Assembly: GCA_963809465.1 (NCBI GenBank)
Contig: CAWEJU010000015.1
Coordinates: 398,295-462,294, forward strand
Source: an uncultured Actinomycetes bacterium
GTDB lineage: Bacteria > Actinomycetota > Thermoleophilia > Gaiellales > Gaiellaceae
Reading direction: 5' to 3'
Length of the DNA stretch: 64,000 bases
The notes under the pieces were generated by a model. It was not told where the DNA came from. It saw only the letters and a program-made list of their open reading frames with translations, and searched no databases. Made by a program: the position numbers and the translations under genes. Shown in pieces: positions 1 to 8,487 of this stretch. How positions within the stretch are numbered: the first letter of the stretch is position 1; every line of letters begins with the position of its first letter.

Positions 1-1
1 G

Positions 2-586
2 CTCTACTTGATCCTCGACGGCGACGACGCGCACGTGTTGGAGCCGGCGCTCCGCGGCGGCGTCGACGTCGTCCAGCTGCGCGACAAAGCGCGGACGGAC
101 GAGGAGATCGTCAGCGCGGCGACGCCGTTCCGGGAGGCGTGCGAGCGGCACGACGCGCTCTTCGTCCTCAACGACCGCCCCGACCTGGTGGAGGCCTGCG
201 GCGCGCACGGCGTCCACATCGGCCAGGAAGACGAGCCACTTGCGAAGGCGCGCGAGCTCGCCGGGCCGGAGCGGGTCGTCGGGCTCTCGGCGACCACCGT
301 CGAGGAGCTGGAGGCCGGCGATCCCGACTACTGGGGCGTCGGCGCGATCTTCGGCACGCCGACGAAGCTGGAGTCTCCGCCCGGCGGCCTGGAGCTCGTC
401 CGCGCCGCGGCCGCGCGGCTGACCGTGCCGTGGTTCGCGATCGGCGGCGTGGAGCTGCACAACGCGGCCGAGGTCGTCGCCGCGGGCGCGCCCGGGCTCG
501 CGGTCGTGCGCGCGATCCGCGACGCGGACGATCCGGAGCAGGCTGCGCGCGCGCTGCGCCATGCGCTAGGCGATCGGCAGGAGTAG
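2..586 (+). CDS. thiE: thiamine-phosphate synthase, 5' end cut by window edge
   Basis: The ORF is open to position 1. The translation has VDVVQLRDK, GVHIGQED, GTPTK and WFAIGG motifs typical of ThiE. Confidence 0.85.
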   Translation, partial: LYLILDGDDAHVLEPALRGGVDVVQLRDKARTDEEIVSAATPFREACERHDALFVLNDRPDLVEACGAHGVHIGQEDEPLAKARELAGPERVVGLSATTVEELEAGDPDYWGVGAIFGTPTKLESPPGGLELVRAAAARLTVPWFAIGGVELHNAAEVVAAGAPGLAVVRAIRDADDPEQAARALRHALGDRQE

Positions 587-967
587 GTCGATCTCGTCGA
601 GCCGCCGGTACCACTCGAGACTCGGCCGGCTCGTGTCGGGCGCGTGCTCTGCGACGAGCTCGCCGAACGTCGGGCCGATCCGCTCGTAGACGGCGGGCGG
701 CTCGCCACGCAGGCGGGCGCGGAGGTAGCGGCCGCCGGGCAGCGTGCCGGACTCGAGCCCCGGAACGAGCTCGTCTCCCTCTCGCACTTCGACGCAGGCG
801 CGGTAGTCGTCGGCGACCGGGTCGAAGGCGCCGTAGAAGTGGCGGCCTCGCAGCGCAACGACGGCTTCGAGCTCGTCCCAGGCCCGGCGGATGTGCTCGA
901 TTCCATCCGGGACGCGGACGAACTGCACTGCGATCTCCTCGCGCTCGACCTCAGTGAACTCGCTCAT
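566..967 (-). CDS. GyrI-like (SbmC-type) effector-binding domain protein
   Basis: 133-aa ORF with a GyrI-like pattern (HFYGAF..YRACVEV..LPGGRYLRARLRG..LEWY). Its ATG overlaps the TGA of the upstream ORF (ATGA at 964-967). Confidence 0.6.
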   Translation of the reverse strand: MSEFTEVEREEIAVQFVRVPDGIEHIRRAWDELEAVVALRGRHFYGAFDPVADDYRACVEVREGDELVPGLESGTLPGGRYLRARLRGEPPAVYERIGPTFGELVAEHAPDTSRPSLEWYRRLDEIDLLLPIA

Positions 968-1296
968 GCGCCACGCTGGAGATACCAGCCGCCGCTTGCG
1001 CCGTCGTGGAAGACAACCGTGTTCTCACCGCTCTCGAGCACGAGCTCGAAGTAGCGACGGGCGACCGGCTCCTCGGTCCACCACCGGTCGACGACGCGCC
1101 ACTCCTCCCGTACGAGTGCCACGGCGCGGTGGTTCACCTCGAGCGGCGTGCCGGTAGGGCTCGCCTCGACCCGCGCGGCCCGCGGCGCGTTGAAGCGCGC
1201 GACTACTCGTCCTTCGGCACCAGCAAAGCCCGCGATTGGAGCATGGGGGAACCCATGGTTCCCCCATGGGCCCCCTCCTTCTGGCTGTAGAGTCAC
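964..1296 (-). CDS. small DUF6504-like protein coupled to the imuB-like gene
   Basis: The C-terminus EEWRVVDRWWTEEPVARRYFELVLESG..VVFHD..GGWYLQR resembles the domain I recall as DUF6504, found next to or fused with ImuB-like proteins. GTG 1296 overlaps the imuB-like TGA (GTGA). The start is uncertain. Confidence 0.5.
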   Translation of the reverse strand: MTLQPEGGGPWGNHGFPHAPIAGFAGAEGRVVARFNAPRAARVEASPTGTPLEVNHRAVALVREEWRVVDRWWTEEPVARRYFELVLESGENTVVFHDGASGGWYLQRGA

Positions 1297-2474
1297 TCGT
1301 CTTTCGGCACGAGCAACGCGCGACTCTCTGGAACGCGCGACCAAGGAGCCACCTCCACGACGGTGCAGACGGAGCCGGAGCCGGTGCTCGCCCGCACCTG
1401 GCGCAGCCCGTCCCGCAGACGGGCGCGGTCCTCGGCGCCGGCTGCGAGGAGCTCGAGCTGGTGGCCGGTCGGCTCGGTCAGCTCGACGAGCTCGAGCCGG
1501 AGCGCGACGACCGGCGCCGGCAGCTCGGCGAGTCGCGGCGAGAGCGCGATGCGGATCCGGTCGGGATCGCCGCTCGGCTCGCGCAGGGTCAGCGTCCGTC
1601 GCCACGAGCTGCCGCTTTCGAGCTGGGCGGCGAGCGCGACTTTGCGGACGAAGCGGTCGCGCCGCTCGGGCCGCGCGAGCGCGGTGTCGATAAGGCCCGC
1701 CAGGGCACGCCTCAGCGTCAGCTCGTTGCCGACCGCCTCCGGGAACTCGAGCGAGGCCGCGACGACGGCGGGTGGGCGCCGGCCGCGCACACGCGCGGCC
1801 GTTCCACCTCTCGCCAGGCCCCAGGCGCGCCGGCCGTCCGGCCCCAAACGTTCGGCGACGGCGCCACCCGGGAGCCCGGCAAGCTGTCCCAGCTTTCGCA
1901 CTCCCAGTGCCTCGAGCTCCTCGTAGCGCCCGCGCTCGAGCGGGAGGAGCGTGAGCGGCAGAGGGGCGAGAAACTGCGGCAGCTCCTCGTCGGCGACCAC
2001 GACCACCTGCCCGGGTCGCGCGACCGAAGCTGCCGCGAGTGCTGCGAAGCGCCGGCCGGCCGCGCCGATGCGCGCGTCCCACTCCGTCCCGACTGCCGCG
2101 AGCGCCCGCCGCAGTGCCGGCTCGAGGCCGCCGTAGAGCCGCTCGACTCCCCGCGTCTCGAAGTACGCAACGCCGAGCGAGGCAGGCTCGACGGAGAAGC
2201 CCGCGTCCTCGAGCGCGTGCAGGATCTCCTCCCAGCCGCGCTCGGCACCGGCCGCGTCGGGCTCGACGAGTGCGAGCGACGGGCACGTGGCGAGCGCCTC
2301 CCCCAGCCGCATCCCCGGCCGCACGCCCGCGGTCTCGGCGGCCGCGGTCACCGGCCCGATCAGCGGCTCGCCCTGCGGCTCGGGCGCGAGCGCCGCCGGG
2401 CGCAGCGCGAGCGTCGGCGTCCGCCGGAGCGCCGCCTTCAACTCGAGTCCTGGAATGGCGAGACAAGCGATCAT
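1293..2474 (-). CDS. imuB: ImuB-like Y-family DNA polymerase homologue
   Basis: 393-aa ORF with Y-family/ImuB-like architecture. The N-terminus MIACLAIPGLELKAAL lacks the acidic DinB-type start. Two LexA boxes lie directly upstream. Confidence 0.7.
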   Translation of the reverse strand: MIACLAIPGLELKAALRRTPTLALRPAALAPEPQGEPLIGPVTAAAETAGVRPGMRLGEALATCPSLALVEPDAAGAERGWEEILHALEDAGFSVEPASLGVAYFETRGVERLYGGLEPALRRALAAVGTEWDARIGAAGRRFAALAAASVARPGQVVVVADEELPQFLAPLPLTLLPLERGRYEELEALGVRKLGQLAGLPGGAVAERLGPDGRRAWGLARGGTAARVRGRRPPAVVAASLEFPEAVGNELTLRRALAGLIDTALARPERRDRFVRKVALAAQLESGSSWRRTLTLREPSGDPDRIRIALSPRLAELPAPVVALRLELVELTEPTGHQLELLAAGAEDRARLRDGLRQVRASTGSGSVCTVVEVAPWSRVPESRALLVPKDE

Positions 2475-2476
2475 GG

Positions 2477-2505
2477 GAACGTATGTTCTACACGAACGCC
2501 TGTTC
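2477..2505. promoter_or_regulatory. tandem LexA (SOS) boxes GAACGTATGTTC and GAACGCCTGTTC
   Basis: Two GAAC-N4-GTTC palindromes at 2477-2488 and 2494-2505. They lie 2 and 19 nt upstream of the imuB-like ATG, in a 72-bp divergent intergenic region. Confidence 0.75.
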
Positions 2506-2514
2506 CCCTGTCAA
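2485..2514 (-). promoter_or_regulatory. putative imuB-like promoter (-35 TTGACA, 18-nt spacer, -10 TAGAAC)
   Basis: On the minus strand, TTGACA lies at 2514-2509 and TAGAAC at 2490-2485, 10 nt before the ATG at 2474. Both LexA boxes overlap this promoter. Confidence 0.5.
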
Positions 2515-2546
2515 GATCTCCGAAACTCCCTGCGAAAGGAGCTGGA

Positions 2547-3125
2547 ATGGCCGAGGAAGCACGCCTGGACGAAGTCGGCTCGGGGCTCGCGCCCGTCTCT
2601 CCGGGCTGGTTCGTCGTCAACGTCGGCGAGGCGGCCTGGCTGCGGAACGACGCGTTCGGCGGCCGCTGCGTCTTCGAGAGCAGCCGGCGCGTGCTCGCCG
2701 AGCGGCCGGAGGCCGAGCCGCAGATGTTCACCGACACGGGCTTCACGCTCGCCGTGCTCGAGCCCGGCAAGCCCTCGGGCATGTTCCACGCTGAATCCGC
2801 GCAGGAGGACTTCCTTGTTCTCACCGGCTCCTGCCTGCTGATCGTTGAGGACGAGGAGCGGGAGCTCCGCGCGTGGGACTTCGTCCATTGCCCCGCCGGA
2901 ACTCGCCACACGTTCGTGGGCACCGGCGCCGGGCCGTGCGTGCTGTTCATGACCGGCGCCCGCCGTGAGGGCAAGACGATCGTCTACCCGGTCGCCGAGC
3001 ACGCGCTCGCCCGGGAAGCCGGTGTCGAAGCGGAGACGACCGAGCCGAGGGAGGCGTATGCGCCGTTCGGGCACTGGCGCCTCGGACGGCCGGACGCCTG
3101 GTCCGAGCTGCCGTGGGCAGGATGA
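2547..3125 (+). CDS. cupin domain protein (paralogue of 27454-28020)
   Basis: ATG preceded by GGAG. The motifs WFVVN..EDFLVLTG..LIVEDEERELRAWDFVHCPAGTRHTFVG are shared with the second cupin. Confidence 0.7.
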   Translation: MAEEARLDEVGSGLAPVSPGWFVVNVGEAAWLRNDAFGGRCVFESSRRVLAERPEAEPQMFTDTGFTLAVLEPGKPSGMFHAESAQEDFLVLTGSCLLIVEDEERELRAWDFVHCPAGTRHTFVGTGAGPCVLFMTGARREGKTIVYPVAEHALAREAGVEAETTEPREAYAPFGHWRLGRPDAWSELPWAG

Positions 3126-3129
3126 GCCC

Positions 3130-3519
3130 GTGGACGGGGTGCGCGTCGACAAGTGGCTGTGGGCGGCGCGCTTCGCGAAGACGCGGAGCGCGGCGACGGA
3201 TCTCGTCCTCGCCGGGCACGTCAGGGTGAGCGGCGAGCGGGTCAAGCCGGCACGTGAGGTCGCGCCAGGCGACACGATCGAGATCCGCCTCGGCGCCGTG
3301 CGCCGCGTCGTCGTCGTGACCGGCCTGGCCGACCGCCGTGGGCCTGCGAAGGTCGCCGCGACGCTGTACGAGGAGACGCCGGAGTCACGCGAGGAGCGTG
3401 AGCGCCTCGCTGCGGAGCGGCGGCTGGCGCGGCCGCTCGGCGCGGACCTGGGAGCACGTCCGACGAAGCAGGAGCGGCGTCGGCTCGATGCTTTACGGAG
3501 GGGACAGCGGCGACGGTGA
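3130..3519 (+). CDS. S4-domain RNA-binding protein (Hsp15-like)
   Basis: VRVDKWLWAARFAKTRSAATDLVLAGHVRVSGERVKPAREV is the classic S4/Hsp15 N-terminus, followed by a basic C-terminal tail. The GTG start at 3130 was chosen because it lies just after the cupin stop. Confidence 0.7.
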   Translation: MDGVRVDKWLWAARFAKTRSAATDLVLAGHVRVSGERVKPAREVAPGDTIEIRLGAVRRVVVVTGLADRRGPAKVAATLYEETPESREERERLAAERRLARPLGADLGARPTKQERRRLDALRRGQRRR

Positions 3520-4040
3520 GATGGGTCGCGCTTCTTCGGGCCGTGAACCTCGGCGCCCGCAACAAGGTGCCGATGGCCGAGCTGCGGACGGTGCTGGCGG
3601 CTGCCGGTTACGAGAATGTCCAGACGTACCTCGCGAGCGGCAACGTCCTCCTCGAAGGCCCTGCCGGCCGGCCGGCGCTCGCAGCCGCGCTCGGGCGCCT
3701 CGTCGCGGATTCTTTCGGCGTGGAGACGGTCGCGATCCTGCGCAAGCCACGAGAGCTCGCCGCCGCGGTCGCGGCGCATCCGTTCGACGACGCCTCGGAG
3801 ACACACGTCGCCTTCCTGGCCGCACGGCCCGCCAAAGCCGCGGCTGCTCGGCTGCAGGAAGTCGATCCCGGTTCCGACCGAGCAGTGCTCAGCGGCGCCG
3901 AGGTCTACCTGCGGCTGCCGCGCGGAATCCACGGCTCTCGCCTTTCGATCGCGCGCATCGAGTCGCTGCTGGGTGTTTCCGCCACGCTTCGGAACTGGCG
4001 GACGGTCGCGGCGCTGGCCGAGCTCGCCGCAGGGGCGTAG
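3516..4040 (+). CDS. DUF1697 family protein
   Basis: MRWVALLRAVNLGARNKVPMAELR..YLASGNV is the typical DUF1697 N-terminus. GTGA overlap with the preceding stop. Confidence 0.7.
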   Translation: MRWVALLRAVNLGARNKVPMAELRTVLAAAGYENVQTYLASGNVLLEGPAGRPALAAALGRLVADSFGVETVAILRKPRELAAAVAAHPFDDASETHVAFLAARPAKAAAARLQEVDPGSDRAVLSGAEVYLRLPRGIHGSRLSIARIESLLGVSATLRNWRTVAALAELAAGA

Positions 4041-4043
4041 GCT
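4038..4043 (+). promoter_or_regulatory. -10-like TAGGCT within GCGTAGGCTCG
   Basis: This is the same extended motif as the core of the three-copy element. It is followed by GGAGG at 4061 and ATG at 4072. Confidence 0.4.
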
Positions 4044-4071
4044 CGCGCCGACACCCACAAGGAGGGCTTTG

Positions 4072-4356
4072 ATGGCACTTGCACGCGTCGTTTCGTTCGA
4101 TGGAGTCGACTCCGACCGGATCGCGCAGCTGGCGAGCGAGATCGAAGGAGGCGAGCAGCCGGAGGGAATGAATGCGACCGAGATGCTGCTTCTCCACGAT
4201 CCGGACAGTGACGGGGCGCTCGCGATCCTCTTCTTCGAGAACGAGGACGACTATCGCAAGGGCGACGAGATCCTCGGCGCCATGCCGGTCGGAGACACGC
4301 CGGGGCGGCGCACCGGGGTCACGAAGTACCAGATCGCCACCCGGATGAAGGCGTAG
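4072..4356 (+). CDS. hypothetical small protein (94 aa)
   Basis: GGAGGG lies 5 nt upstream of the ATG. G/C-rich third codon positions. No family recognised. Confidence 0.55.
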   Translation: MALARVVSFDGVDSDRIAQLASEIEGGEQPEGMNATEMLLLHDPDSDGALAILFFENEDDYRKGDEILGAMPVGDTPGRRTGVTKYQIATRMKA

Positions 4357-5052
4357 TCAGGTCGTCACTTCGGCCGCGGGGCCGACGCGGCGGATGTAGC
4401 GCGGGACGACGTCGAGGACGTTCTCCCGCGCGCAGCGCTCGACGTCGGCCTCGAGGCCGTGTCCCCGCAGGCCCGCTGCGCTGCGGCTGGCGTTCAGTCC
4501 CTCGAGCGCGCTCGGGAAGCTCTGTGCGAGCAGGATCGCCGCACGGGCCGAGTCCTCTGGCTCGCCGTCGAGTGCCGCGGCGATGCGCCCGGCGCAATAT
4601 GCGTCGTCGAGGCACAGCTCGCCGAGCACCCCGGCGCAGAGCACCGCGACGTCCTCCCCGCTCTCGCGCGCCGCGGCGGCGACCGCGTCGACGTTGAGGA
4701 GCGAACCGACGTAGACACGCTCGAAACGCTCCGCCGCCGCGACGAGCAGCCGTGTCCCGTTCGTCGTCGTGAGGATCAGCGTCTCCGCTGCCGCCTCGCC
4801 CTCGAGCTCGCGGGGCGAGTTGCCGAAGTCGAACCCCTCGATGGGCTCGAGCCGCCGCTCGCCGGCGAGCTTCGCCGGCCCCTCGCTCGCCGCAAGCGCC
4901 CGCGCCTCGTCGACCTCCGCGCAGCAGAGGACGCGCCCGTAGCCGGAAGCGAGCGCCTGGCAGATCGTCGAGGTCGCGCGCAGGACGTCGACGACGATCC
5001 CGACGGGCGCGGGCGTCTGCTCCCCCGGCGTGAAGGCAACGTGGACACGCAC
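4357..5052 (-). CDS. comB: 2-phosphosulfolactate phosphatase family protein
   Basis: VVDVLRATSTI..FGNSP..TTTNGT motifs typical of ComB. Confidence 0.75.
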   Translation of the reverse strand: MRVHVAFTPGEQTPAPVGIVVDVLRATSTICQALASGYGRVLCCAEVDEARALAASEGPAKLAGERRLEPIEGFDFGNSPRELEGEAAAETLILTTTNGTRLLVAAAERFERVYVGSLLNVDAVAAAARESGEDVAVLCAGVLGELCLDDAYCAGRIAAALDGEPEDSARAAILLAQSFPSALEGLNASRSAAGLRGHGLEADVERCARENVLDVVPRYIRRVGPAAEVTT

Positions 5053-5061
5053 GACGGGGAC

Positions 5062-5068
5062 TAGGCTA
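5062..5068. promoter_or_regulatory. overlapping divergent -10 boxes (plus TAGGCT, minus TAGCCT)
   Basis: TAGGCT at 5062-5067 lies 7 nt before the rhomboid ATG at 5075. On the minus strand, TAGCCT at 5068-5063 lies 10 nt before the comB GTG at 5052. Confidence 0.45.
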
Positions 5069-5074
5069 ATCCGG

Positions 5075-5944
5075 ATGTCGACGGCCGAGCCCCGCTACTG
5101 CTACCGGCATCCGGACCGCGAGACGGGGCTCTCCTGCTCGGAGTGCGGACGGCCGATCTGCGCGGATTGCGCGACGTTCGCGCCCGTCGGCATCCGTTGC
5201 CCGGATCACTCCGGGGTTCGGCGGGGGCCGGCGACCCGGATCCGGCCGCGCCCGGTGCGCCGTGCGCCGGGCGTCGCGCTGGCCACGGGGAACGCGCCGG
5301 TCACCAAGATCCTGATCGCGATCAACGTCGCGCTCTACCTGCTCGGCGCCGCGCAGGGCGGGGGGTTCAACAACCCGGGCGGCTCTCTCTACGCCAAGCT
5401 CTGGCTCGACGCGCCGGATCTTCACAACGGCGGCTGGTGGCGGCTCGTGACGACGATGTTCCTGCACGCCTCGATCCTCCATATCGCCTTCAACATGTTC
5501 GCGCTCTGGGTGATCGGGAGGTCCGTGGAGCAATACCTCGGGACGGCGCGCTACATCGGGCTCTACTTCGTCTCTGGGCTCGCCGGCTCGGCTGGCGCGC
5601 TCCTGCAGACGCCGGGCGTGACCGTCGGCGCGTCGGGCGCGATCTTCGGGATCCTCGGCGCGATGCTCATCATCGAGTGGCAGGTCACCGGCCGGCTCGC
5701 GGGCAACGCGATGACGTTGATCGTGATCAATCTCGCCTTCTCCTTCGCGGTCCCGGGCATCTCCTGGGGCGGCCACGTCGGCGGCCTGATCGGCGGGATC
5801 CTGATCACGCTGGCCTACGCCCACTGGAGCGACCGCGGGCGGGCGCAGTACGGCCAGCTCGGGCTCGGCGGAATCGTCGGACTGATCGTCGTCGCCGCGG
5901 GCAGCATCGCGCTCGCGTACTGGAAGGTCCGCGGCTACGCCTAG
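5075..5944 (+). CDS. rhomboid family intramembrane serine protease with N-terminal zinc ribbon
   Basis: CYRHP..CSECGRPIC zinc ribbon. WRLVTTMFLHASILHIAFNM, GASGAIFG and GHVGG rhomboid motifs. Confidence 0.85.
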   Translation: MSTAEPRYCYRHPDRETGLSCSECGRPICADCATFAPVGIRCPDHSGVRRGPATRIRPRPVRRAPGVALATGNAPVTKILIAINVALYLLGAAQGGGFNNPGGSLYAKLWLDAPDLHNGGWWRLVTTMFLHASILHIAFNMFALWVIGRSVEQYLGTARYIGLYFVSGLAGSAGALLQTPGVTVGASGAIFGILGAMLIIEWQVTGRLAGNAMTLIVINLAFSFAVPGISWGGHVGGLIGGILITLAYAHWSDRGRAQYGQLGLGGIVGLIVVAAGSIALAYWKVRGYA

Positions 5945-5949
5945 CGGCG

Positions 5950-8487
5950 CTAGCCGCCGGCCTGAACGTACTCGGCGCGGTGCGCTTCCTTCAGCGTGGC
6001 CTGCGCCGCGGCGAGGCGCGCGAGCGGGACGCGGTACGGCGAGCAGCTCACGTAGTCGAGCCCGATGCGGTGGCAGAACTCCACCGAGCTCGGCTCGCCG
6101 CCGTGCTCGCCGCAGATGCCGAGGTGGATCTCCGGCTTCCTCTCCCTCCCGCGCTCGACCGCGATCCGCATCAGCTCGCCGACGCCGTCCTGGTCGAGCA
6201 CCTCGAACGGGTTCCGCTCGAGCACGCCGTCCTCGAGGTAGAAGGTGAGGAACTTGCCTTCCGCGTCGTCGCGGGACATCCCGAGGGTCGTCTGCGTGAG
6301 GTCGTTCGTGCCGAAGGAGAAGAAGTCGGCGACCTCGGCGATCTCGTCGGCGCGCAGGGCCGCGCGCGGCAGCTCGATCATCGTCCCGCAGAGGTACTCG
6401 AGCTCCGGCGCCTCCTCCTCCATCACGTGCTCGGTCAGCTCGCGCAGCCGGCGGAGCTCCTCACGGAAGCCGACGAGCGGGTGCATGATCTCGACGAGCG
6501 GCGCGTCGCCGCCTCGTTCCTGCACCGCCTTCGCCGCCCGCGCGATCGCGCGCACCTGCATCTCGTAGATCTCCGGCCACTGGATGCCGAGCCGGCAGCC
6601 GCGCGTGCCGAGCATCGGGTTCGACTCGGAGAGGGCACGGATCCGCTGCCGCATCCGCTCGTCGCGCGCCTCCTCGAGCGGCGGCAGGAACTCGTGCAGC
6701 GGCGGGTCGAGCAGCCGGATCGTCACCGGCAGGCCGGCCATGACCTCGAAGATCGCCTCGAAGTCGGACTGCTGGAAGGGGAGCAGCCGATCGAGCGCGT
6801 CGCGGCGGCCGCTCTCGTCGCGCGCGAGGATCATCTCCTGCACGACGGGGAGCCGCTCCTCGCCGAAGAACATGTGCTCGGTGCGGCAGAGCCCGATCCC
6901 CTGGGCGCCGAACTCGCGCGCTTTCGCCGCATCGTCCGCGTTGTCGGCGTTCGCGCGCACCTTGAGGCGGCGCAGCTCGTCGGCCCAGTCGAGGATCGTC
7001 TCGAAGTCCTCGTTGATCGCGGGTGGGACGAGCGGGACCTCGCCGACGATGACGCGTCCGGTGCCGCCGTCGATCGTGATCACGTCGCCCTCGCGCAGCT
7101 GGTTCCCGCCGATGCGGACGGTCTTCGCGCCCGTGTCGATGTCGAGGTCCTCGCAGCCGGCCACGCACGGTTTCCCCATGCCGCGGGCGACGACGGCCGC
7201 GTGCGACGTCATCCCGCCGTGCGCCGTAAGAACGCCCTTGGCCTGGATGAGGCCGTGGATGTCGTCGGGTGTCGTCTCCCAGCGGACGAGAATCACCGCC
7301 TCGCCGGCCTTGCCGCGCTCCGCGGCGCTGTCGGCGTCGAGGACGATCTTCCCGCACGCCGCGCCCGGCGAGGCGTTGAGGCCCTGCGCAGCGACCTCGA
7401 ACTGCGCGTCCTCGTCGAGCCGCGGGTGGAGAAGCTGATCGAGCTGTGCCGGATCGATCCGCATCACAGCTTCCTCCCGCTCGATCAGCCCGTCCGCACT
7501 CATGTCGACCGCGCACTTGATCGCGGCAGCCGCCGTCCGCTTTGCGGTGCGCGTCTGCAGGAGGTAGAGCCGCCCCTCCTCGACGGTGAACTCGATGTCC
7601 TGCATGTCGCGGTAGTGGCGCTCGAGCGCGTTCATCGTCTCGAGGAGCTGGTCGTACGCCTCCGGCAGCTGCTCGCGCAGCTCCACGAGCGGCTGCGGCG
7701 TGCGGACCCCGGCGACGACGTCCTCTCCCTGCGCGTTGACGAGGTACTCGCCGTAGACGCCCTGCTCACCGGTCGAGGGGTCGCGGGTGAAGCAGACGCC
7801 GGTCGCCGAGCCCTCGCCCTTGTTGCCGAACACCATCTGGACGACGTTGACGGCGGTGCCGAGGTCGTCGGAGATCCCGTACGTGCGCCGGTACATCTGC
7901 GCACGCGGCGTGTTCCACGAGTCGAACACGGCCGCGATCGCGCGCTGCAGCTGCTCTCGCGCGTCCTGCGGAAAGCCATGCCCGGTTTCCCGTTCGTAGA
8001 TCTCCCGGGCCCTCTCGACGGTGTCGTCGACGCTGAATATCTCGTGCGGAATCCCGTCGACGGTCTCGCCGAACATCTGGATCAGCCGGCGGTAGCAGTC
8101 CCGCGCGAACTCCTCGTTGCCCGTCGAACGCGCGAGCCCGGCGACCGACTCGTCGTTGAGCCCGACGTTGAGGATCGAGTCCATCATCCCCGGCATCGAG
8201 ATCGCTGCGCCCGAGCGGACGGAGACGAGCAGCGGGTCGCCCTCGTCGCCGAAGCGCTTTCCCGTGCTCTCTTCGAGCCGCTCGACGTGCTCGGCGACCT
8301 CCTCGTCGAGGCCCGCGACCTCGCCGCCGGAGGCCATGTAGGCGCGGCACGCGTCGGTCGTGATGGTGAAGCCGGCGGGTACGGGGATCCCGAGCTGGGT
8401 CATCTCCGCGAGCCCGATTCCTTTGCCCCCGAGGAGCTCCCGGCCGCCGTCGGCGGGCTCGTCGAAGTCGTAGACGTAGCGGGTCAT
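5950..8487 (-). CDS. ppdK: pyruvate, phosphate dikinase
   Basis: MTRYVYDF..GGKG..LAEM N-terminus, the phosphohistidine region GGMTSHAAVVARGMGKPCV, and a C-terminal PEP-utilising TIM barrel (CGEHGGEP). Confidence 0.95.
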   Translation of the reverse strand: MTRYVYDFDEPADGGRELLGGKGIGLAEMTQLGIPVPAGFTITTDACRAYMASGGEVAGLDEEVAEHVERLEESTGKRFGDEGDPLLVSVRSGAAISMPGMMDSILNVGLNDESVAGLARSTGNEEFARDCYRRLIQMFGETVDGIPHEIFSVDDTVERAREIYERETGHGFPQDAREQLQRAIAAVFDSWNTPRAQMYRRTYGISDDLGTAVNVVQMVFGNKGEGSATGVCFTRDPSTGEQGVYGEYLVNAQGEDVVAGVRTPQPLVELREQLPEAYDQLLETMNALERHYRDMQDIEFTVEEGRLYLLQTRTAKRTAAAAIKCAVDMSADGLIEREEAVMRIDPAQLDQLLHPRLDEDAQFEVAAQGLNASPGAACGKIVLDADSAAERGKAGEAVILVRWETTPDDIHGLIQAKGVLTAHGGMTSHAAVVARGMGKPCVAGCEDLDIDTGAKTVRIGGNQLREGDVITIDGGTGRVIVGEVPLVPPAINEDFETILDWADELRRLKVRANADNADDAAKAREFGAQGIGLCRTEHMFFGEERLPVVQEMILARDESGRRDALDRLLPFQQSDFEAIFEVMAGLPVTIRLLDPPLHEFLPPLEEARDERMRQRIRALSESNPMLGTRGCRLGIQWPEIYEMQVRAIARAAKAVQERGGDAPLVEIMHPLVGFREELRRLRELTEHVMEEEAPELEYLCGTMIELPRAALRADEIAEVADFFSFGTNDLTQTTLGMSRDDAEGKFLTFYLEDGVLERNPFEVLDQDGVGELMRIAVERGRERKPEIHLGICGEHGGEPSSVEFCHRIGLDYVSCSPYRVPLARLAAAQATLKEAHRAEYVQAGG

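Noticed and set aside
1025-1267. 80-aa minus-strand ORF starting at the strong SD-ATG inside the DUF6504-like gene.
   Set aside because: The translation is Arg-rich and unlike a real protein. The conserved domain lies in the neighbouring frame. It is kept only as evidence for a possible indel (see the finding at 1245-1283).
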